Both the position numbers and the translations under genes were made by a program. The notes beneath the pieces were generated by a model. The model searched no databases. It saw only the letters and a program-made list of their open reading frames with translations, and had not been told where the DNA came from. This document shows positions 58,345 to 64,000 of a DNA stretch of 64,000 nucleotides, piece after piece; the stretch's first letter is position 1, and every line of letters begins with the position of its first letter. Source of the DNA: Actinomycetota bacterium (GTDB lineage Bacteria; Actinomycetota; Geothermincolia; Geothermincolales; RBG-13-55-18). The stretch covers positions 79,940 to 143,939 of the forward strand of contig JACIXD010000006.1 in assembly GCA_014360645.1 (NCBI GenBank), read 5' to 3'.

Positions 58345-58758
58345 GCCTCTCGCGTTGATGCTCATGAACATGAAGCCGCGCACGGCGTTTCCGCCCCCGG
58401 CCTTTCGGACTTCGGTGTCCTCGCGTCCCCCCTCACCTTCGTCGCTGCTGGCCACCGGAGAAGCTCGCGGCGATGAGGGCTTACCTGCTGGAAGCGAGGT
58501 ATCCGGGGCCTCCTCCCCCGCGGTTGCATGCTCACGATGTCCCGAACCGTCCGTATAGGCCGACCTGGCGCGGTAGTACACCTTCCGCCCTTCGTCGAAA
58601 CGGTCCAGTATCCCCAGGCGCACCAGGGCCTCGAGCTGCGGCTCCACGTCGTCTTTGGTCCTGGCGAGGTGCTCGGCGACCTCCTCGCAGGTACAGCGAC
58701 GGTGGGGGTAGCGGTTGAAAAAGGCTATCGCCTCTACCCTTACCAGTTTGCCGGACAT
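58339..58758 (-). CDS. Small winged-helix DNA-binding protein (~75-aa wHTH core plus low-complexity tail), paralogue A
   Basis: Core IAFFNRYPHRRCTCEEVAEHLARTKDDVEPQLEALVRLGILDRFDEGRKVYYRA. The tail is Ser/Pro/Gly/Glu-rich and overlaps the nuclease stop by 6 nt. Confidence 0.6.
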   Translation of the reverse strand: MSGKLVRVEAIAFFNRYPHRRCTCEEVAEHLARTKDDVEPQLEALVRLGILDRFDEGRKVYYRARSAYTDGSGHREHATAGEEAPDTSLPAGKPSSPRASPVASSDEGEGGREDTEVRKAGGGNAVRGFMFMSINARGL

Positions 58759-59272
58759 CTCCCCTCCCCGTATTACCTCTTTATCCCGCCTCCTTGCCGT
58801 TTCCTCGCCCTGAGAAGATTATCCGCCTCCGTCCCTCCCGGGCAAAGCAAAGCTCCGTCAAAGGCGCAAAATCTCTACCGAGAGGTAACACATGGGGGAT
58901 GAGCGGGGCGCCGACGCCCTCCGGCGAAAAGCCGCGGGAAACCCCGAGGCGCGGGCGGCAGCTCTGCGATGAAGCCGTCCCGCCTCCGGGACCGCCTCCC
59001 ATCGCGAGGCCGCCGATCCCCGTTGGGCGCGGCGCGATGTCCAGGATTTACGTTCATGCAGCCCGATGGCAAGCGGCGCTCGCATCCATTCGGCATACTC
59101 CAGCCCACGTACACGGCGGCCGGAAAGACTTCGCGATATACGTATCAACGCGCACGCGGAGGCCCGCACGCGATCTCTCGGGGCGGAAGATCCCGGGAAC
59201 ACTGGATCCAAGGTTGTGCACGGGGTGTCTATGGTGATGTTGGTGGTGGTCCCACCTGGTTATCTGAGCGTA

Positions 59273-59593
59273 TCAGGACATCCCCATCGACGCGTCGTTC
59301 GCCCTGGGCAAGTCCGTATCCTCCCGCTCCCGGGAGGATACGGATACGGGGGGAAGGTAGCGATAATACGTCTCCTTTCCCCTCGCCCTTTCCTGCAGGA
59401 TGCGCAGCTGGACCAGCTTCTTCAGCTGCGCCTCCACCCGGAGCCGGTCGCGCCCAATGGCTTCCGCCATGCGCTCCGGCGTGCACTCCATGCCCGGATG
59501 GCGGTGAAAGTGGGTGATGAGCTCGATGCGTATTATGCTGTCGCAGGCCCCATTCCCGCCGGGGAAGACCCTTTCGCCATGCAAACGGCTCAT
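59273..59593 (-). CDS. Small winged-helix DNA-binding protein, paralogue B
   Basis: Core ELITHFHRHPGMECTPERMAEAIGRDRLRVEAQLKKLVQLRILQERARGKETYYRYLP aligns with paralogue A. Start placed at MSRLHGE (59591-59593), 4 nt after AAAGGAGG. Confidence 0.6.
   Translation of the reverse strand: MSRLHGERVFPGGNGACDSIIRIELITHFHRHPGMECTPERMAEAIGRDRLRVEAQLKKLVQLRILQERARGKETYYRYLPPVSVSSREREDTDLPRANDASMGMS
59314..59343. repeat. Perfect 13-bp inverted repeat ccgtatcctcccg-ctcc-cgggaggatacgg
   Basis: Lies within the 3' tail-coding part of wHTH paralogue B. Dyad symmetry typical of a dimeric regulator operator or a strong RNA hairpin. Confidence 0.7.
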
Positions 59594-59705
59594 GCGACCT
59601 CCTTTCACTATGATTATCAGCGTTCTGCGGGAAAATGATGAGGAGATTCCCGAAAGCGTGCCATTTGAAGGCGTGAATGGTCGATTCGGGGGGCGAACGG
59701 GAGCT

Positions 59706-60638
59706 CTAGGTGCGCGCCGTCCGTGACTCCAGGACCTCGAGCGCGGCCTCCAGGTCCCCGGGCAGGGGGTCCTCGAACTCCATCTCCTCCCCGCTCACGG
59801 GATGCCTGAAAGCGAGCTTCCATGCATGCAGGAACTGCCGCTCTATGCCCAGCTCGGCCTCAAGTGACCCGGGACGCCCGTACTCCCGGTCCCCCACCAC
59901 CGGATGCCCTATATAGGCCATGTGCACCCTGATCTGGTGGGTCCGCCCCGTCTCCAGCTCCGCCTCCAGGAGGGAGGCGCGTCCCAGCTCCCGCAACACC
60001 CGGAAATGGGTGACCGCTTTTCTTCCCGAGACCGCGTTCACCGCCATGCGCCTGCGGTTCCGCTCGTCCCTTCCCACCGGCACGTCGACCGTGCCCAATC
60101 CCGTGGCGGGGACGCCGTGCACCAGCACCAGGTAATAGCGGTGCAGGGTCCGGTCCCTGATCATCCCCTGCAGTAGGAGGTGGGAGCGGTCGTTCTTGGC
60201 CACCACCAGCAGGCCCGAGGTGTCGCGGTCCAGGCGGTGGACGATGCCCGGCCTGCTCACGCCCCCCACGCCGGAGAGCCCTTCCAGGGCATGAAGCAGG
60301 GCGTTGACCAGCGTGCCCTCGCGGTGGGCGGCAGCGGGGTGCACCACCATGCCCGCCGGCTTGCTCACCACCGCCAGGTCATCGTCCTGGTAGAGAACGC
60401 GTACGGGTATGTCCTGCGCCGGAGGCTCGGGGGGGACGGGGTCCGGGAGGCAGGCCTCCAACCTCTCCCCGGCGCTCACCAGATGGCTCTTGCGGGCGGG
60501 GGCGCCGTCCACCCGTACCCCGCCCTCGGCGATGATGCGCTGCGCTGCGGCGCGGCTAATCCCGGTATGTCGCGAGATACAGACGTCAAGCCTCGTGCCC
60601 TGGTCCTCTGCGGAAGCGGTGAACGCGAAGACCCTCAA
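59706..60638 (-). CDS. rluD: 23S rRNA pseudouridine synthase (RluA family, RluD-like)
   Basis: S4 domain plus catalytic HRLDRDTSGLL. Confidence 0.92.
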   Translation of the reverse strand: MRVFAFTASAEDQGTRLDVCISRHTGISRAAAQRIIAEGGVRVDGAPARKSHLVSAGERLEACLPDPVPPEPPAQDIPVRVLYQDDDLAVVSKPAGMVVHPAAAHREGTLVNALLHALEGLSGVGGVSRPGIVHRLDRDTSGLLVVAKNDRSHLLLQGMIRDRTLHRYYLVLVHGVPATGLGTVDVPVGRDERNRRRMAVNAVSGRKAVTHFRVLRELGRASLLEAELETGRTHQIRVHMAYIGHPVVGDREYGRPGSLEAELGIERQFLHAWKLAFRHPVSGEEMEFEDPLPGDLEAALEVLESRTART

Positions 60639-60639
60639 G

Positions 60640-61407
60640 CTACCTTGCCTCCTGCAGCAGTCGCCTCCTGAAGACCAGCACCACCCCCGCTGCCAAGAAC
60701 GCCGCCGCGCTCAAGATCTGAAAGAAAAGGCTGCCCGAGGGCTTGGAGTGAAAGCGGAAGAACTCGTTCGCGAAGCGCGCCACGGCATAGAGCATGATGA
60801 AGGCGAGCATGGTCTCGCCCCGGTAGCGGAAACGCCTGTGTACCGCGAGAAGGATCACGAATATGGCGAGGTCCATGATGAGCTCGTAGATCTGGGTGGG
60901 GTGGACGGGGTTCGCGGGCATGCCCATGGTCCTCTGGGTCTGAAGGGGGAAGGTCACCGCCCAGGGCAGCCCGGAGGACTTGCCAAAACAACAGCCGTTG
61001 AGATAGCACCCCACTCTGGCCACCGCCAGCGCCGCCGGCACCGCGAGACCCCCGGAATCCAGGACCTCGCCGATGGAGAGGCCGCGGAACCTGACCACCG
61101 CGGCGGCGGCCGCGACGCCGAAGATGAAGCCGCCGTAGAAAACCAGCCCCTGCACGTTCCAGAACTTGAAGGCCTCCCACCAGGAGGACGAGAACTCGCT
61201 CCAGTGCCCGAGGACGTAGAAGACGCGCGCGCCGACGATCCCTCCCACCGCCGCCGCCAGCACCAGCTCGAAAACCACGTAGGCGTCCACGAAGCGGCGC
61301 CGCAGATACCAGAAGCTCACCAGCATCCCCACGATGAAGGCGAGGGCCAGGAAAAACCCGTAGGCGTGCACGGTCAGCGGTCCGATGCGGAAGAGCTCGG
61401 GTCTCAA
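60640..61407 (-). CDS. lgt: Prolipoprotein diacylglyceryl transferase
   Basis: 255 aa. Lgt signature (GARVFYV..., H/Y motif, GCYLNGCCFG). Confidence 0.93.
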   Translation of the reverse strand: MRPELFRIGPLTVHAYGFFLALAFIVGMLVSFWYLRRRFVDAYVVFELVLAAAVGGIVGARVFYVLGHWSEFSSSWWEAFKFWNVQGLVFYGGFIFGVAAAAAVVRFRGLSIGEVLDSGGLAVPAALAVARVGCYLNGCCFGKSSGLPWAVTFPLQTQRTMGMPANPVHPTQIYELIMDLAIFVILLAVHRRFRYRGETMLAFIMLYAVARFANEFFRFHSKPSGSLFFQILSAAAFLAAGVVLVFRRRLLQEAR

Positions 61408-61465
61408 GCGGATTTCCTCCTTCTTCCCGTGGATCCTTGAAGCCGCGGCATCCCGAGGGCGCGGG

Positions 61466-62041
61466 TCAAACGCCGCCCTTCTCCCTCTCCCTCCCCGGCC
61501 GCGTGCGCGACGTATCCATGATCACCGACAGCAGCACCATCCCCACCCCGACCACGATGGCGGTGTCCGCCAGGTTGAACACCGGCCAGAAACCCACGTC
61601 GATGAAATCCACCACCGCGCCCAGGGCGATCCTGTCGATGATGTTACCCACGGCCCCGCCCATTATCAAGCCCAGCCCGGCCTGGAACAGGCGCCCGCCC
61701 GGCCTCCCCCATCTCCAGAGCGCAAGGAGGAGAACCGCGAACACCGCGATGCTGGCCAGAAAAAGGGGCCATGACCTGCCCTGGATGATGCCGAAAGCGG
61801 TGCCGGGATTGCGCACCTGCCGCAGCTTGATAAAGGAGAGGGATACCACCCTTTCCCCCTGGGGCAGGAGGGCCCTCACCATCGCCTTGCTCGCCTGGTC
61901 GAGGGCCAGGGCCGCCAGAAAGGCGGCCGCCAGCGTCAGTGGGAGGCCTTTTCTTCCTTCTGCTTGCACGGGATACAGAGGCTCGCGTAGGGCAGGGCCT
62001 GGAGCCTTTCCAGGGGGATGTCCGACCCGCAGGACACGCAC
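61466..62041 (-). CDS. lspA: Lipoprotein signal peptidase II
   Basis: LspA motifs (DQASK, NPGTAFG, FNLAD). N-terminal start uncertain: GTG at 62041 or GTG at 61969. Confidence 0.85.
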   Translation of the reverse strand: MRVLRVGHPPGKAPGPALREPLYPVQAEGRKGLPLTLAAAFLAALALDQASKAMVRALLPQGERVVSLSFIKLRQVRNPGTAFGIIQGRSWPLFLASIAVFAVLLLALWRWGRPGGRLFQAGLGLIMGGAVGNIIDRIALGAVVDFIDVGFWPVFNLADTAIVVGVGMVLLSVIMDTSRTRPGREREKGGV

Positions 62042-62310
62042 TTGCCGTAGGTGCCCTCCTCTATGCGCTCGAGGGCCTCGTTGACCTTCTGCAGGATGTC
62101 CTTCACGTTCTCGGAGAGCGAGAGGTCCCTCTCCCTCTCGAAGGTCGCGGTGCCGCTCGCCGCGTAATCCTCCTCGAAAGGCATCTCGCCCGAGAACTCC
62201 GACTGCGAGGAGTGCAGGTTCCCCTCCTCCAGGTCGCGGTATTCCTTCTCTAGCGACGCCTTCTCCGCGAGAAGTATCTTCTTAAAAGCAGCCAGTTGCC
62301 TCTTGTTCAT
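61936..62310 (-). CDS. DksA/TraR-family C4 zinc-finger protein
   Basis: 125 aa from MNKRQLAAFKK. C-terminal CVSCGSDIPLERLQALPYASLCIPC. RBS GAGGAG lies 4 nt before the ATG at 62308-62310. Confidence 0.8.
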   Translation of the reverse strand: MNKRQLAAFKKILLAEKASLEKEYRDLEEGNLHSSQSEFSGEMPFEEDYAASGTATFERERDLSLSENVKDILQKVNEALERIEEGTYGKCVSCGSDIPLERLQALPYASLCIPCKQKEEKASH

Positions 62311-62351
62311 GCCGCTCCTCGTCGCCATGGCCTTCGTCCAAGCATTATCCC

Positions 62352-62382
62352 TATTATGCACGATTCTTTTTTTCGCACAAGT
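62352..62382 (-). promoter_or_regulatory. Candidate promoter TTGTGC-16nt-CATAAT for the dksA-like gene
   Basis: rc of 62352-62357 (attatg) and 62377-62382 (gcacaa), in a locally AT-rich patch. Confidence 0.4.
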
Positions 62383-62608
62383 GCCGGAAGGGCGCCGATG
62401 GTCCGCGGGCAACAACCTCGTAAACCCCCGCGCAAACCGGCCTCCATCCAGGCTTTTGAGGATGGGACCGACAACCCGCTCATCCTGCCGGCGCAAGACG
62501 CCGGTCATCCCGGTGCCGGTCGGCGGCGTGTATGCGTTCTCTCCTCCGCCGGGCTTGGAGCGCATGATCCCTCGAGGTGGCGTCTCGGACCGGGCGAGGC
62601 GAGCCGGG

Positions 62609-64000
62609 TCATCCCTCCACTACCGCCAGGCAGCGGTCGCATATCTCAGGATGCGAGGGGTTCTCCCCCACCGTGGTGCGATAATTCCAGCAGCGGGCGC
62701 ACTTTTCTCCCGGCGCCCTTGCTACCTGCACCTCGACCTCGTCCCGACCCTCCTCCTCTACCACCTCCACCCTGGAGACGATGAAGAGGGTGGGGAGCAG
62801 GTCCAGCCTGGCGCGCAGCTCCGATGCGCGGCCGGGAGGCGCCAGCAGGCGCACCTCCGCCTCCAGAGAGGTCCCCATCTCCCTGGAGGCGCGCTTCTCT
62901 TCCAGGGATTTCGTCACCAGCTCCCGCACCTCGAGCAGCCGCGCGAACTCCTCCTCCAGCCCGGCGTCCTTCCATTCCGCGGGCGGTTCGGGCCACTCAG
63001 CAAGCTGCACGCTCTCCTCCTCCGTGCCCTTCAGGTTGGACCAGGCCTCCTCGGCGGTATGGCATAGCACGGGGGCCATGAGGCGCACGAGGTTGTCGAG
63101 GAGGTGAAAGATGGCCGTCTGCGCAGACCTTCTCTGGGGAGAAGCGGGCGCGAAGGTATAAAGACAGTCCTTGCGCATGTCCAGATAAAGGGCGCTGAGG
63201 TCCACGGCGCAGAAATTGTGCAGGGAATGATAGACCACGTGAAGCTGGTACTCCTCGTAAGCCCGGGTACAGCGCCGCACGAGGTCGTGCAGCCGGGAGA
63301 GTATCCACCTGTCCAGGTCCTCCATCACCGCTGTAGGCATGGCATGCTCGGCGGGGTTGAAATCGAATAGGTTCCCCAGCAGGAAACGCAGGGTGTTGCG
63401 GATCCTGCGGTAGGCCTCAACCAGGCGGTCGAAGATCTCCCGGGAGGCGGGGATGTCCACGGTGTAATCCGCCGCCGCCACCCACAGGCGCAGGATGTCG
63501 GCGCCGAGGGTATCGCAGATATCCATGGGGTTGATGACGTTCCCCAGGAGCTTGGACATCTTCCTGCCCTCGCCGTCCACGACGAAGCCGTGGGTGAGCA
63601 CGGAGCGGTAGGGAGGCGCGCCTCGCTTGCCCACCGCGGTGAGCATGGAGGTCTGGAACCAGCCACGGTGCTGGTCGCTCCCCTCCAGGTACATGTCGCT
63701 GGGCCAGGCGAGTCCCTCCCACTGCGTGAGCACCGCCTCGTGGCTTACACCGGACTCGAACCACACGTCCAGGATGTCCATCTCCTTGCGGAAACGCGTC
63801 GATCCGCACCCCGGACAGGAGAAACCGTCGCCCAGTATCTCCGACGGCTCCCGGCTGAACCACGCGTCCGCGCCTTCCTGGGCGATCAGCTCCTCCACCT
63901 TGCGCAGGGACTCGGGCGTGAACAGCTCTCCACCGCATTCCACGCAGTAAAAGGCGGGGATGGGGACCCCCCACGCCCGCTGGCGCGAGATGCACCAGTC
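62609..64000 (-). CDS. ileS: Isoleucyl-tRNA synthetase (C-terminal ~460 aa only; gene continues beyond the window end)
   Basis: KMSKSLGN class-I motif. Anticodon-binding domain. C-terminal Zn-binding CxxC...CxxC. Confidence 0.95.
   Translation of the reverse strand, partial: DWCISRQRAWGVPIPAFYCVECGGELFTPESLRKVEELIAQEGADAWFSREPSEILGDGFSCPGCGSTRFRKEMDILDVWFESGVSHEAVLTQWEGLAWPSDMYLEGSDQHRGWFQTSMLTAVGKRGAPPYRSVLTHGFVVDGEGRKMSKLLGNVINPMDICDTLGADILRLWVAAADYTVDIPASREIFDRLVEAYRRIRNTLRFLLGNLFDFNPAEHAMPTAVMEDLDRWILSRLHDLVRRCTRAYEEYQLHVVYHSLHNFCAVDLSALYLDMRKDCLYTFAPASPQRRSAQTAIFHLLDNLVRLMAPVLCHTAEEAWSNLKGTEEESVQLAEWPEPPAEWKDAGLEEEFARLLEVRELVTKSLEEKRASREMGTSLEAEVRLLAPPGRASELRARLDLLPTLFIVSRVEVVEEEGRDEVEVQVARAPGEKCARCWNYRTTVGENPSHPEICDRCLAVVEG

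Noticed and set aside
58759-59272. ORFs 58794..59237 (+) and 58858..59211 (-) in the gap between the two wHTH genes
   Set aside because: Both are Arg/Pro-rich with no RBS, and neither shows coding-type GC3 bias. The region is treated as non-coding (candidate ncRNA).
62329-64000. T-box leader for ileS
   Set aside because: ileS is on the minus strand and its 5' end lies beyond the window end (above 64000). The region after the ileS stop is the dksA-like gene's promoter, not an ileS leader.

Overview
High-GC (~68 %) bacterial chromosomal window, densely packed with housekeeping genes. I call 58 protein-coding genes (56 on the minus strand) and one tRNA-Leu(CAA). There is no rRNA, CRISPR array, transposase or integrase.

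Gene order on the minus strand, read from high to low coordinates:
- ileS (partial), dksA/traR-like, lspA, lgt, rluD
- two paralogous small winged-helix regulators; a divergent plus-strand Cas4-like PD-(D/E)XK nuclease
- dnaE, hisD, hisB, hisH, hisA, hisF
- livK, livH, livM, livG, livF (amino-acid ABC transporter), then hisI
- two Zn-ribbon membrane proteins
- tRNA-Leu, polA, rpsA, coaE
- a plus-strand 71-aa Cys-rich ORF
- HAD hydrolase, uvrB, uvrA, uvrC, ogt, rapZ, whiA, gap, pgk, tpiA, secG, metK, def, fmt, rsmB, recA, recX, rny
- an orphan GHKL ATPase, spoVS, a DUF948 protein, a TIM-barrel sugar-phosphate isomerase
- miaB, a LigB/Memo-like protein, an AMMECR1 protein, miaA, dapF, dapL, hflX
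- a partial GAF-GGDEF diguanylate cyclase

The polA-rpsA-coaE-uvrB, uvrC-rapZ-whiA-gap-pgk-tpiA-secG and hisDBHAF synteny is actinobacterial in type. The same window also carries rny, spoVS and dapL, which suggests a deep-branching high-GC lineage. The many long plus-strand ORFs in the supplied track are antisense shadows of minus-strand genes.

Main observations:
1. An AMMECR1 plus LigB/Memo-superfamily gene pair sits between miaB (a radical-SAM enzyme) and miaA.
2. There is a recurring pattern of 80-130 bp tandem duplications at gene termini (dapL, rsmB, recA upstream, miaB, a small ORF). Two of them create upstream mini-ORFs that re-encode the N-terminal peptide of the downstream gene.
3. 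A well-supported orphan plus-strand gene encodes a 71-aa protein with 7 cysteines.
4. A Cas4-like 4-Cys nuclease lies next to two paralogous winged-helix proteins, a 510-bp non-coding gap and a perfect 13-bp palindrome.
5. A liv-type ABC transporter is inserted into the his operon; a perfect 11-bp palindrome sits upstream of livK.
6. rapZ and the TIM-barrel gene appear to use near-cognate start codons (CTG, ATA).
7. yvcK is missing from the rapZ-whiA cluster.
8. Several long structured non-coding leaders are present (rny, rpsA-coaE spacer).
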